Assembly (NCBI GenBank): GCA_050273025.1
Contig: CP158635.1
Coordinates: forward strand, 32,364,001 to 32,428,000
From: Cenococcum geophilum
Taxonomy: Eukaryota
Direction: 5' to 3'
DNA length: 64,000 bases
Every line of letters begins with the position of its first letter. The first letter of the stretch is position 1. The notes below the pieces were generated by a model. The model searched no databases, was not told where the DNA came from, and was given only the letters and a program-made list of their open reading frames with translations. Below, piece after piece: positions 1-12,599 of this stretch. The translations under genes were made by a program, and so were the position numbers.

Positions 1-3000
1 TAATCTATAACGGATCTATATACTACGCCGCCCCTAAACTACCTATATTACACTACCCGCACTAAAGACTTAGGAAGTTAGTAGTAGCCTAGCTAAGTCC
101 CTAATAGAGAACTTAGGCCGTACGCAGCTATAAAGAAAGGCTAAGAATATTAGACGATATACTAAACTAATAAACTAGAAGGATAACTTATGGAAAATAA
201 AACGTAAGCTAAGGAAGACTATAAACCCTATACCGCAGAATATAGCCTAATAAATATCTGTAAAGAAACCTATAAACCTTCTACTAGTTAATATCTGCTG
301 CATTAGCGCTATAGGATTCTACTAAAACCTAGTTTAGCCTAATACCATTACCTTTATAACTAGCTTATATAAAATTAATTAAATAATTAAAGAGAAAGAA
401 GCCCTAGCCTAAGAGAAAGGCGAGCTTATAGATAAGGAGCTAGTAAAACAGAAACTGCCCTATTAATACTAGAAATTTAAAGATACTTTCTCTAAAGTAG
501 CGTCTAATATACTCCCGCCTTACCGACCGTATAACTATAAGATTAAAATCGAGCCGGATAAGGTGGTTACCCTTAGCTATAGCCCCCTCTAATAGTAATC
601 TACTGCCGAATTATAGGCTATAAAGTAGTATTTTATTAATAACCTAGATAAGGGCTTTATTAAGCCTAGTTAAGCCCCTTTTAACTTACCTATTCTCTTT
701 GCCAAAAAGCTAAATAGAGGACTTTGTTTCTGTATTAACTACTATAAGCTTAATAATTTAACCCTTAAAGACCGCTACCCACTGCCTTTACTTAGTGAGA
801 CTTTAGCCTAAATAAGTAGAGCTAAGATCTTTATAAAGCTTAATATCCGCTAGGCTTTTTACTAAATTAGGATAGACCCTAAATTAGAAGACCTTACTAT
901 ATTTCGGACCTATTATAAAACGTATAAATATAAAGTACTGCCTTTTGGACTAACTAATGGACTAGCTATATACTAATAATATATAAATAATATACTATTT
1001 AACTACCTTAACGACTTCTATATAGTATACTTGGATAATATTATAATCTACTCTAAAAATAAACTGGAATATAAAGAGCATATCTATAAAGTCCTATAAC
1101 GGCTTTAGGAAGCTAGCCTCTAAGCCAATATTAAGAAGTTAGAATTTAGTATTAAGCGTATAAAGTACCTAGGGTTTATTATTAGTATAAACGGAATTAA
1201 GGCAGACCTAGAAAAGACGGCTATAATTAACTAATAGGTACCCCTAAGGACCGTAAAGGGGGTGCAGTTATTCTTAGGGTTCTATAACTTCTACTAACGC
1301 TTTATTAAGAACTATAGCAGGATTACTCGGCTACTAAGCCTACTTACCTACAAGGACCGGCCCTTTTACTTTAACACCGTATATAGGTAGGCCTTTAATA
1401 AGCTTAAGAAACGACTGGTTTCTGCTCCCTTACTTACCTACTTTAACCTAGAACGGCCCTTAATGCTAGAAACCGATGCCTTAGATAGTATTATAGCTAG
1501 CGTTTACTCCTAAAAGCAGATAGACGGAGAATGGCACCCTATTGCTTACTATTTAAAGACTATAGTAGATGCTAAGCTAAACTACCCAAATAACAATAAA
1601 GAAATGCTGGCTATTATCTCTAGCTTTTAGCACTAGCGAGCCTAACTAGAAGGCACCCCTAAGTCTATCTAGGTAGTTTCCAATTATAAGGCCTTAGAAT
1701 ATTTTATAATAATAAAGGCCCTTACGGCCCGATAGGCGCGCTAGGTGGACACCTTATCTTAATTTAACTTCCTAATTATATATAGGCCAGGCGCCACTAA
1801 CTGTGCGGACGCTCTTATAAGGTATAAATAGGATATAAATAACTAGATAGCTATAAAGATCTTATTATAGACCTAAGCGCTACTACGACTAGAGCACCTT
1901 AACTCTTAAATACGGGCAGAACTAAATATAGGCTCTTTAAATGCTGAGATATGCCCTATTAACTCTATAGAACTGGACCTTATTAATAAACTACTATAGG
2001 TAAACCGTACGGCCCCTTCTCTATAGGAGTACCGCGAAAAGGCAAAGAACGTTTCTAGCCTATAGTCCCTTAAAAGTAGACTGCTTAAGCACTATAAACG
2101 GCTAGTAGTAGCAGAGGAACAGAACTTACAGACTTGGCTTATTGCCAAAGCATATGCCTAGGTCTCTACGGCCTACCCTAGAAAAAATAAGACCTATAGG
2201 ATTATTAGCGACCGCTACTACTAGCCTAGAATAATTATAAATATTAACCGCTATATACGGAACTGTAATAACTACTATAGGTCTATAATTCTACAAGATA
2301 AAACCCTAGGACTATTAAAATCCCTTCTAATACCTAACTGCCCCTAGTAATATATCTCTATAGACTTTTATAAGCTACCTCTAGACTGTGACGGATACGA
2401 TATAGTTATAATCCTAGTTAACCGCTTTAGTAAGCGCCCGTTTTTAATTCCCTATTATAAAAATATTAACGCTAAAGAGGCGGCCTAACTATATATCTAC
2501 TATGTCTACTAAATTTACGGACTACTAGATACTATTATATCTAACTATAGGCCGCAGTTTATATTAGCCTTTTAGAATAAGTTTACCTAGATCCTAAGCT
2601 TTAAGCTAAAGCTTTCTACGGTATATTACCCCTAGATAGATAGTTAAACAGAGATTATAAATTAATACTTAGACTAGAGACTTTAGCCTTTTATTAACTA
2701 CTTCTAGGATAACTAGGCTAAACTATTACCCTTAATAAACTACGCCTAAGCAACCCTACCCCACAACTCTACTAGATTTGCCCCTATTTAACTAGAAATA
2801 GGTTACCTACTCTATATAAGCTTTAACTAGAAAAGACTAGAAGGGCCTTAGACTATACACAAAAAACTATCTTATAAGGAAGCCTAGTAGTACGCTAAGC
2901 GCTTAAAAGAAGCTTAGAAAGTAGCCTATATAAACTTAGAAAAGGCCTAGAAATTAATAAAATAGTAGGCAAATAAGTATAGGCGCGAGCCTAACTTTAC

Positions 3001-3859
3001 TATAGGCGATATAGTCTAGGTTATAATAAAGAACTAAAAGACAGAACGGCCTAGCCGTAAGCTGGACTATAAGATAGTAGGACTATATAAGATTTTTAAT
3101 AAAGTAGGCAACTTATATAAGATTAAGCTCCTAGACTTAATTAAAGTTTACCCTATCTTCTTACTAGATAAGCTATAGAAAACATTAAATAACCTACTAC
3201 TTAGATAAAAGAATAAACCTCCCTTACTAATTTAAGTTAATAGCGATAATAAATAGGAAATTAAAGAAATACTAGCCTGTAAACTTGTAAAGGGAACATT
3301 AAAGTATTATATTAGTTGGAAAGGATATAACCTAGACCCTACTTAGTACCCTATATAGAACTTTATAGGTAATCCCTATAAGCTTTAAGAGTTTTATAGC
3401 CGTTACCCTAATAAATCTAGACCGCTAAAGTACCTAGATAAGTAGATAGAATGCTAGTATAATAAAGATAATAAGCTACTAAAAGAATATAAGGACAAAA
3501 ATGCCCTAGAAATTTCTTAGTTATATAAGGTATTAAGATATCTAGAAACTTTAACCGGCGGTTAAAGTTATCTAATTAGTTAGATTCTCTTACTAAGACT
3601 TTTAGTAATAAAGCCTAAGGGCAGGCTTTTTTGGAGGGGGGGTAATGTTATAGTACTAGCAGAACTTCGTACCGGCAAGTTGCCGCAGATTGCCGTATAT
3701 TGCGGTTATATAACGCGAAGATCTTATAAAACATTAAACGGCGCTGCTCTTCTCCTTTCCTTTCCCTAGCTTTAGATTCTCGTTTATAGACAATCTAATC
3801 GTATAGGCTTGCGCGTTCCTTTTGCCGTACCTATGCCTTAATTAACTAAGTCGCTAATA
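1..3859 (+). mobile_element. Ty3/Gypsy chromovirus (family A, copy A1), RIP-inactivated; 5' end lies outside the window
   Basis: Degenerate pol in Gypsy order: RT YLDNIIIYS (=YLDD) at ~1028, RNase H LETDA at ~1466, integrase at ~2150-2750, chromodomain-like (W)EIKEILA...SWKGY at ~3255-3330. PPT GGAGGGGGGG precedes the 3' LTR at 3646. Confidence 0.93.
3646..3859 (+). repeat. 3' LTR of Gypsy family A
   Basis: Starts TGTTA right after the PPT. Homologous to the LTRs at 20065-20257 and 23003-23195 (reverse orientation) and to 62937-63010. Confidence 0.9.
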
Positions 3860-4468
3860 AAATATACCTTTATTAAATTCGTAACTTCTTATAATAAAGG
3901 CTTACCGGTTAGCTAGGATAGAGAAGTTAAAGGTAGTAAAGGAGGTAGAGAAAAAGCACCTCTAGGTAGAAGGGCACCTCCTAGTAGGAGAGCACCTCTA
4001 GGTAGGGGATTTCCGTTTTAGGGGTTTTAATATAAATTAAAGTTGCCTTCTAAAGAATATAGGTTAGTTTTAGGTTTCTATAGTTAACGTATAATTTTAG
4101 CTTTCGTCTATACTAGTTCTTCTATACTAATAATAACGGCCTAAATATTACTAGTAATTGGGTTACTGTTCTTAGTAATATATACCCCATTTCTATAAAG
4201 GAAGTCTTAAAAATCTTAAACAATATTAACGTTACTAAGTACCTAGGTATTAGCAGTCCATTCTATAAAATCCTCCCTAAAATACTCCTATAGTTATAAA
4301 TTGGTATAGTATCTATTTTAGTAAAATATAATATAGTATAGGAGAAGCCGTTAACCTATTTTGCGGTATAAGTTATTATATTAAAAACGAATTCGTCCCA
4401 ATCTTTATTAATAAGTTTTATGTGCTTAGCTACCCCTAATAGTAAGGAGTCTTTTTAGTTATTTAGAG

Positions 4469-4710
4469 TGTTGGCCACGGAGGTAGCTTTACCTATAGGT
4501 AATATTAACCTATAACGACGGCTGTCAGACATTAGTATTAGCCTAATATCGTCTTATTACACCACCCTCTAGGGACCCCTATAGGGGGTCAATTCTCTTA
4601 TATATATTAGGGCTCTTAGAGCCACCTTAAATAAAACAGATCACTTATATAATTCTGTGTCTCTACCTACTAGCTAGCTTATGTTATTCGTAATACCTGC
4701 CTAGCTAACA
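4469..4710 (+). repeat. 5' LTR of Copia family C
   Basis: Near-identical to 11559-11799; differences are mostly C/T and G/A transitions. Confidence 0.95.
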
Positions 4711-5336
4711 GTTATAAGCCTAGTAACCTTCTAAGCACTAGGGAGATCTTAGTGGCCAGACGACTACCACTAAGCCTCTTTAAGCATAGTTTGTTACGAA
4801 ATATCGCGTGCTTTACGCGTAAGCGCGTCTCTTTACGCAACCTTAAAATAAAAGCCACTATAGTAACCAAGGACTCTATAAACCCTCTTTTGCTAACCCA
4901 GAAAGACTGGCCTATATAGTTTTAATTTATCCGCTAAGAAGTAATTTTTGCAAAGATCTGGGACTATGTTAACCTAGATAAGACGGAGAACGAAATTAAA
5001 GAAAATAATGAGCCAGCCATACCTTCGATAGTAGCAGCTCCTATAGCACCTACAGCAGCACCTGCAGATTCTGTAGCACTAGTAGCGGATCCTATAGCTC
5101 CTGCAGTACCAGTAGCGGCTCCTGTAGATTTAGTAGCAACTCCAGCATCTACTGGAACAGCTATACCTGGGTTATTAAGTTAAGGACAACAAACTTAGCA
5201 ATCTTTAGAGATATAGAGAATGCTCTTTAAGCTCTATAAGCTCTAATAACAGAACTACCTAAAGCGGGAAGAGAAGCTCTATACGTTTGCAGTACTCTTA
5301 TTGCCACTATAGGCACCAACTTCTTAGGGTATTTTA

Positions 5337-5801
5337 CAGTCATGGGTCATAAGTCTCCGGTCGGAAGCGATTTCCCACCAAAACTCAACCTTTTCGCTGC
5401 GCATCTTTATAATAAAAACTATTAAAGTTTAAGCTATAAAATTTAATAATTATAAAGATTTACTTCGTAAATAAAATTATCTATTTAGATTTTAATAATA
5501 AATTATTATTCTAAAGATAAATATATTCTAAAGTTTATACACTTAAATTTTAAGCAATTTTAAGCGAATTTGTATGGGAAATTGAGATTTTTAACTTTTA
5601 CTTAACTTTACAGCTTTATAATAATTTTCCACGTTATTATTATAAAATACCAATAATAGAAAGTTTTAATTAAAGTAAAAATCTACTAATAGCTTTAATT
5701 TTAACTTAATAAAATATTGTGGTGGGTATAAAATCTTAAGGTGTTTTAGGTAAGTTTTGGTGTAAAAAGGCTCCGAGCCGGAGACTTTTGTCCTAGTACT
5801 G
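5337..5801. mobile_element. Non-autonomous Tc1/mariner-type element (MITE) inserted in the Copia C gag region
   Basis: TA on both sides. Imperfect TIRs CAGTCATGGGTCATAAGTCTCCGG versus CAGTACTAGGACAAAAGTCTCCGG (right end, reverse-complemented). AT-rich interior with no ORF. Confidence 0.8.
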
Positions 5802-8410
5802 TAAAAACCTTACTACACTATATTCGGTTCTAAGACAGCTAAAAAAGGTAGCAAAGCTATCTTAAGCTACGCTATAGCAAATGGTATTAGACGATCTTAA
5901 GAAACGGAAATAAGGGCCTAAACGCCAGATACCGGAGTTATAGCTTTAGCTTTATATCACTATTATACAAAATAGCGAAGAGCTAGAGGAAGGGTTAATA
6001 AAGGTAACGGAGAGTAGCGTTATATAAGCCTTTGTCTAGGACTGTAAGGAGATCTATCTAGCTCTATATTATACCTTTATTTAAAAGGTAGCTAAGAGGT
6101 TAGAGAAGCTTAAAATAGCGATAATAATTAAGGAATTTAACCTCCTTTATAAGCATCCGAATACGGGACGTAACGCTTATACTATACTCTTAGGGCAGTT
6201 ATCTGTAGATCCTATAACGTCTACTACCCTAGTACCTTCTTAATTACCTAAGGCAAAGTGCTTTACTTATGGTTTACCCTATAAGTTAAAGAATTGTAAA
6301 TAGCTGTTTTAGTCTCTTTAAGGTCTATACTTTATACCAAATAATAAGTATTTAAGGAAGTGTTAAAAATGGCTTAAGGTCCTAATAAATAAGCAGTATT
6401 ATAACAAAAGGGTTAAGCAGATTGAGAAGGAAGGCCCTAGGTTAAGGACGTCTTTATTAGCTTCTAAAAAGATTAAGAATCTAGACAGGCCCCGAGCTAT
6501 AGCGGCTGCTATAATAATATCCTTTTTATTATTAATATTATCGCAGAATTATCTAGATCTGTCTTTAATTAACGCCTAGGGGTATAACACTATAGCAGAC
6601 ACCCACTTTTATAACGATATTAGATACTTCCATAACTTTAAGCTAAGTATATCTATAGTAATAGCTAGAGATTCTAGGGCAGAAATCTATGGATATAGTA
6701 ATATTAACTTAGCAATTAAGGTGGGAAAATAACGCCTGACTCGGTATCTGATATTAAGGAACGTAGCGTACGCTCCCTATTTTTATACTAATCTAATATC
6801 CGTAGTAAAGCTCTATAGGGTTAAAGTAATTATTAACTAATTTATAAACCATCTACGCTATAAAGATGGCGGAAGCCTATTTAGTAACCTTATGGAATAC
6901 GGAGGTCTCTACCTTATTAATACTATCGCCTGCTTACTACCTACTCCTACTACCTACACTATATCTACTAGATTCTTTAAGACCTTAGTATATAATAAAG
7001 TATAGTATTAACGCTTACTACACTGTGATATGGAGTTAGTGGATTATCTACTAACTACGGTAGATAGGGTTAAAGTGGTCAAGACGGATAGAGGAAGAAC
7101 TCCGTATAGTATACCACTTTATAAACTATATATTCTTAGAAAGATAACATAGTAGATATTTTGCAGAATATCTATAAAGGGAACCTACCCTTTTAAATAT
7201 GTTTACTTTAATATTATTATAGAGGAAGATAGGTTTAATAGAGATACGTATATAGCTTACTTTTGGTATAACTATATAAAGTATTATTATGCTTTTCCTA
7301 TTAAGAACCACGAGTAAGAGATACTACTCCTACTCTTCCAATTAATAATAGCATTTGTGAAGAAATTTAATGCTTAAGGTATCCGTATTTAGTATATAGA
7401 TAAGGAGCAAGGTATAGGGGCTAGGGTAAAGAACCTTATTTAACTTAATAGAGCTATTATTAAGCAATTAACGCTATATACCCCTACTTAAAATGGACCT
7501 ATAAAGAGGTTAGGGAGAGCTATTTCCAAATAAGTAAGGACTGCTGTTATTGAAGTAAAGTTACCCGTAGATCTGTAGCCTAAGTTCGTGCTTCTAGTAG
7601 TGTTCCTACTTAATTAAACTCCTATTAAGTCTATTAACTAAAAGACCCCATTTAAGATACTTTATAAACGGAAGCTATAGCTAGCAGGACTTTATATAGC
7701 TAGATCTTTAACCTACGTGCTTATTAAACACAGCATTTCTAAAAAGGCAAAGTTTAAGCTATAAGCCTAGGTAGGTTATCTCATCAGTATAAAAGTGTTA
7801 AATATCTATAGGATATAGATACTAACCACCAACCGTATTATCCGATCTCGTGATGTACAAATTAATAAGTTAAAGAGATATTAATCTCCTATAATACTAG
7901 AACACCTCATTATCTTATAGGCTTAAAAAGATCGTTTTTAACAAGTCCAGGACCTACTAAATAATCTTTAAGATGGCAGTAAGGACTAGATAGAGAACTT
8001 TAATAAAGAACTAGATATAAGACTGCCGCATTTGGCAAATATTGACGTTACTCCTACGTTAAAAAGCATTTAAACCTTAATAGAAGAACTTAGTCAGCTA
8101 CCTACCCCAGAGCTAACTCTAGAACCGTCTGGACCATCAACGTCTTCGGCGCCTTAGTAATCACCATCTACTGCGGCATCTACGCCACAGACACTATCTA
8201 CTACTTAGTTATCTTCTGAAGTCACCGAACCACCGTTTGTAGATCCTACACCTTAATGTCAGTGTGGGCGAAAATTAAGCGATAAGATTTGATAAAATTA
8301 TCGTTATCTTATCGTATCATTATATAATTATCGTCTCGATTTTGATAAATATCACGTGACCTATGGAAATTTAGAATGTATGCCCCTAATATATAGAAAA
8401 GGAATTGGTC

Positions 8411-9215
8411 CTGCGTACGGAGGCTCTGCACAAAGCTCTGCAAAGGCTCTGCACGAAGCTCTGCACGAAGCTCTGCACAAAGCTCTGCACAAGCTCTGCG
8501 TATGGAGGCTCTGCACGAAGTTCTGCGGAGGCTCTGCGCGAAGCTCTGCACGAAGCTCTGCGTACGGAGGCTCTGCACGAAGCCCTGCGTACGGAGGCTT
8601 TGCACGAAGCTCTGCGGAGGCTTGCACGAAGCTTTGCAGAGGCTCTGCACGAAGCTCTGCACGAAGCTCTGCACGAAGCTTTGCGTACGGAGGCTCTGCA
8701 CGAAGCTCTGCGGAGGCTCTGCACGAAGCTCTGAACGAAGCCCGCATACGGTGGTTCTGCACGAAGCCCTGCGTACGGAGGCTCTGCATGAAGCTATGCG
8801 GAGGCTCTGCACGAAGCCCTGCGTACGGAGGTTCTGCACGGGGCACTACGTACGGAGGCTCTGCATGAAGCTCTGCGGAGGCTCTGCACGAAGCTCTGCA
8901 CGAAGCTCTGCACGAAGCTCTGCACGAAGCTCTGCGTACGGAGGCTCTGCATGAAGCTCTGCGGAGGCTTTGCACCAAGCTCTGCCCGAAGCTCTGCGTA
9001 CGGAGGCTCTGCACGAAACTCTGTATACGGAGGCTCTGCGCGACGGCTCTGTGTACGATGATTCTGCGTACGACGGTTCTGCGTACGACGACTCTACTAC
9101 GGAGGCTCTATATAAAAGCTTTGTGCAGAGCTTCATGCAGAGCTTCGTGCAGAGCCTTCGTACGCAGAGCTTCGTGCAGAGCCTCCGTACGCAGAGCTTC
9201 CGTGCACAGAGCCGT
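8411..9215. repeat. GC-rich variable minisatellite (core GCTCTGC with spacers ACGAA, GGAG or GTACGGAG); the terminal block is inverted
   Basis: Directly visible tandem units over 8411-~9110. Units in reverse orientation over ~9115-9215. Confidence 0.95.
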
Positions 9216-9237
9216 AAAAGTAGAGAATTCTTTAGTA

Positions 9238-9553
9238 TCCCATGCGCCGTTGAGAAAGGCGTACACGCAAGCGAACCAACCAGAGTCTCTAGATTGAATC
9301 GAGTCTTGGCGAAATGAAGCTGTGGATTTGATCAACAAATTAAGGCTCTAAATCATTATAATAAAGCTCAAACTTATATATAATTGACTCTATCCTGTCG
9401 TAATTAGGTTAAGGTGTTCCTGCTAGTAAGGTCCTTCTTTACAGAGGGGTATATTGCATAGAGCACAGCCGACTTGTGTCCTTCGAGGACGTATTGATAT
9501 TTTGGTGTTCGCGCACGGGCCTCTTTTAGTGTACGCCTTAACGGCGCATGGGA
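9238..9553. mobile_element. Small TA-flanked TIR element (MITE) nested in the hAT-like element
   Basis: Left end TA|TCCCATGCGCCGTT(GAGA)AAGGCGTACAC; right end GTGTACGCCTTAACGGCGCATGGGA|TA. Confidence 0.75.
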
Positions 9554-11558
9554 TAGGGGCATGCCAAGAAATTATCGAAATAAAAGCGATAAATATCGAT
9601 AAGCAAAAATCATGATAATTTATCGATCTTATCAGATAAGATTTTATTTTCGCCTACTCTGCACCTCATTCCGAACCTCAGACGACAGCAGGCTCATCGT
9701 CAGGGGGTGAGAGACGTTCTGGCCGTGAAAAGCGGTCTACGGCAAAGAAGAAAGATATGCCAAATTAGGATCTACGACGACGAGCCTTTGCGGTTCAAAT
9801 TAATGACGGTGATGATCTCATCGATCTAGAGACGACGCCATTGGCTCACGCCTCTACACTGCTGCGACGAAGACGTACGGACACTGAGATAACTTTCCAA
9901 CGCCACCAAAGTCATGGAAAGAGATGCTTAATTATAAGTACGCTATAGAGTTTAAAGCAGCTGCTCACACCAAGATGAAAGCTTTGATAGGAAAACACAC
10001 CTAAGACGAGGTACGGCTAGTTAAGAAGGCTCACCGACTTCCTACTATATGGGTCTTTACCTATAAGGAAGATTCGGACGGCTACATCACGAGATTTAAA
10101 GCTCGTCTAGTCGTCCGTGGAGACCTTTAAGTAGTCTCTTAAGAGGAGGTTAAAGCTATAACGGCAGCCTATTAAACCTTCCGTCTACTTTACGCTCTTA
10201 TCGCTAGCTTCGACCTCAACGTTATATAAATTAACGCCGTTAATGCATTCGTTAATGCCTTAGTTGACGATAAGGTCTATCTTATTCCCCTTAAGGGTAT
10301 AGACCTACCGCCTGGATTCTCTCTCCGTCTAAGAAAGGCAATATACAGACTACGGAAATCTCCTAAATTGTAGTTCCTAGAGATATCTACTGCTCTGTAA
10401 AGCATGGGTTTAAAAGCGGTACTAGATAAGCTATATCTTTACGTTTACCCTACCAAGCCTATCTTTATATTCTTCTACGTTAACGATATACTAATTATTG
10501 GACACCTAAGCTATTGACAGCAGATGGAGGACATCCTAAAGCAGCTACAAGATCGATTCGAGATCTGCTAAATACCTCAGTTTACGTTATTCCTAAATAC
10601 TTGTGTTATACGAGATTAATAAAAGGGAAAGCTCTGGCTCTGTCTAGATTAATATCTTGAGAAGCTAGTCTTAATATACCATCTAGAATATCTAAAGCTA
10701 TTAGCTACACCACTATCGGGCCAGGAATTGACGCCGTATAAGGGAGAAGCTACGCCGAATCAGATAAAAGGATATCAACGTTATATAGGTTCTGTAATAT
10801 ATCCGGCATCTACTACACAACTAGACGTTGCTTTCTTAGTTAGTAAGCTGGCTGAGTTCTTATAAAATCCGTTACTAGCTTATCTTGCGGAGATTAATAG
10901 ATTACTTACCTATCTCTACAATACCAGATACCTTGCTCTTAAGTTCTCTACTATTACGCTATATAAGATAAACTAGGTTCTAAAAGCTGCTTCTAATGCC
11001 AGCTTTGCTAATAATACTCTAACACGTCGGAGCTTATAGGGCTTCTTAATAAGCTTGTTTAATGGGCCTATAGTATAGCAGGCAACTAGATAAAAGGTAG
11101 TTACTAAGTCTACTACGGAGGTAGAACTCCTAGCTCTCTTATACGTTAGTGGGGAGGTTAAGTATATAGTTCGGATCTTTAAAGCTATTAGATTCGATCC
11201 TAAACAGGACGTTATTATTAATTATAACAATTAGCAGTTAGTACGGATTGTAATAAAAGAGACCCCTACGGTATCTATAAAACTCCAATATATAGATATT
11301 TATTAATTCTGGCTTTGTTAAGAAGTCCAAAATAGAAGCTTTGTTGTATAATGGGTACTAACAAGCAAGATAGTTATAGATAGACTAACTAAAGCTCTAT
11401 TAAAGCAAAATCATCAAAAATTTGTTAACGTGGTAGGGCTCCGCAATATTAGACATCTGGTTAATTAACGCTTAGCAAAGCTTACCACTAGCTCGTCTAT
11501 CACGACTACCTAATCCGGTAATCCAGCTCTGCCGCTCTACGCCAGATCTAAGGGGGTG

Positions 11559-11799
11559 TGTTGGCCACGGAGGTAGCTTTACCTATGGGTAATATTAACC
11601 TATGACGACGGCTATTAGATATCAGTATTAGCCTAATATCGTCTTATTACACCACATCTAGGGACCCCTATAGGGGGTTAATTCTCTTATATATATTAGG
11701 GCTCTTAAAGCCACCTTAAATAAAACAGATCACTCGTATAATTCTGTGTCTCTACCTACCAGCTAGCTTATGTTATTCGTGATACCTGCCTGGCTGATA
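11559..11799 (+). repeat. 3' LTR of Copia family C
   Basis: Follows the PPT, matches 4469-4710 and is followed by the TSD TAGAG. Confidence 0.95.
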
Positions 11800-12079
11800 T
11801 AGAGTAGCTATATTTTCAGAGGAAGGGATATATTATTGGTGTAGGGATTATTATTTAGTACGCGTTTATGACAAGAATCTGCGATTATAGGGCTTAGGAC
11901 CAGTTCTGGCCTTTTAGATCCTTAGATTCGTAGAAGAGTTCTATTTAAAGTTTAGGACCAGTTCTAACCTCAAAAGACAGCTTCCTCTAGCACGAGTAGC
12001 ACTAGTACAGTGGCTCGTCTCTTCTTGGTGGAATACCTAGCTATTCTATAGTATAACAGTGAAGTTAACCACTAATCAG

Positions 12080-12273
12080 TGTTGGTAACACAAGGTGATA
12101 TCACGTATCTACAGGTTGTAGGTAGTATGATGGTTGTTGTTTTTTGTCTCTCTATCTCTGAGGGAGGGCGAGGAGCTTAAGGCTCCTCGCCACGCTAGTG
12201 CCGCGGCGACACGTGACGGCAACTTGCCTCACGTGACGGCAACTTGCCTTATATGATGGCCTTATTCCCGACA
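12080..12273 (-). repeat. 5' LTR of family E, containing a 20-bp tandem repeat (CACGTGACGGCAACTTGCCT x2 plus a degenerate third copy)
   Basis: TG...CA ends with a short terminal inverted repeat. It marks the boundary between RIPed DNA and the gene island. Confidence 0.65.
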
Positions 12274-12599
12274 GATACCTTATATATCTGGCAATTTAAA
12301 CAAACTATACTCCAAACACTATTTATTGTCGAAACTAGGCCTGCCCTGATCTAAGTAGAAGCTCGCCATCAACCATGTGCCCAATGCAAATAATAAGAAA
12401 AAGAAAAGGAAAAAATATTCACAGTAATTAACTTAGCATTTCCACTACTTATTTCCGTTGTCAGCTGCACTTATCCTCACCCGAGATCACAATGTGATAG
12501 GGAAGCTCCAGACTCCAGGCCAGTAACAGGGGCTGAGAGTCACACCATCTAGACCCCTTGGGATACAAATAAAGGGCAGAGATATACTTTACCCAGCAG

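Larger units (their letters stand above)
8260..9661. mobile_element. Non-autonomous hAT-like TIR element carrying an internal minisatellite
   Basis: 16-bp TIRs CAGTGTGGGCGAAAAT versus CAGAGTAGGCGAAAAT (right end, reverse-complemented). Dense subterminal GATAA/TTATC repeats at both ends. Interrupts the Copia C integrase-RT linker. The TSD is imperfect and offset (CACCTTAA+TGT versus CACCTCAT). Confidence 0.7.
4469..11799 (+). mobile_element. Ty1/Copia LTR retrotransposon (family C), full length, RIP-inactivated, with nested inserts
   Basis: LTRs 4469-4710 and 11559-11799. 5-bp TSD TAGAG (4464-4468 / 11800-11804). PBS-like GTTATAAGCC at 4711 and PPT AGGGGGTG at 11551. Integrase precedes RT; RT FFYVNDIL (=YVDD) at ~10470; RNase H KSTTEVELLAL at ~11105. 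Confidence 0.95.
3860..12273 (-). mobile_element. 5' part of an LTR retrotransposon (probably Copia-type, family E), interrupted by the Copia at 4469-11799 and abutting Gypsy A1
   Basis: LTR-like 12080-12273 (TGTTGG...CCCGACA). The minus strand of ~4100-4450 de-RIPs to a gag-N-terminus-like LWEYFREDF.EWT...DFL.RNGVYI. Sequence either side of the TAGAG TSD is contiguous. Confidence 0.65.

Noticed and set aside
5030..5170. Ala/Pro-rich degenerate repeat
   Set aside because: Low-complexity coding segment of the Copia C gag, not a separate element.
8411..9215. CRISPR-like repeat-spacer array
   Set aside because: The spacers are 4-8 bp and recur, the context is eukaryotic and there are no cas genes.
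8309..9338. Many overlapping ORFs on both strands (EALH-, RASC- and QSFV-repeat peptides)
   Set aside because: They are by-products of a stop-poor minisatellite inside a TIR element. There is no gene structure or recognisable domain.
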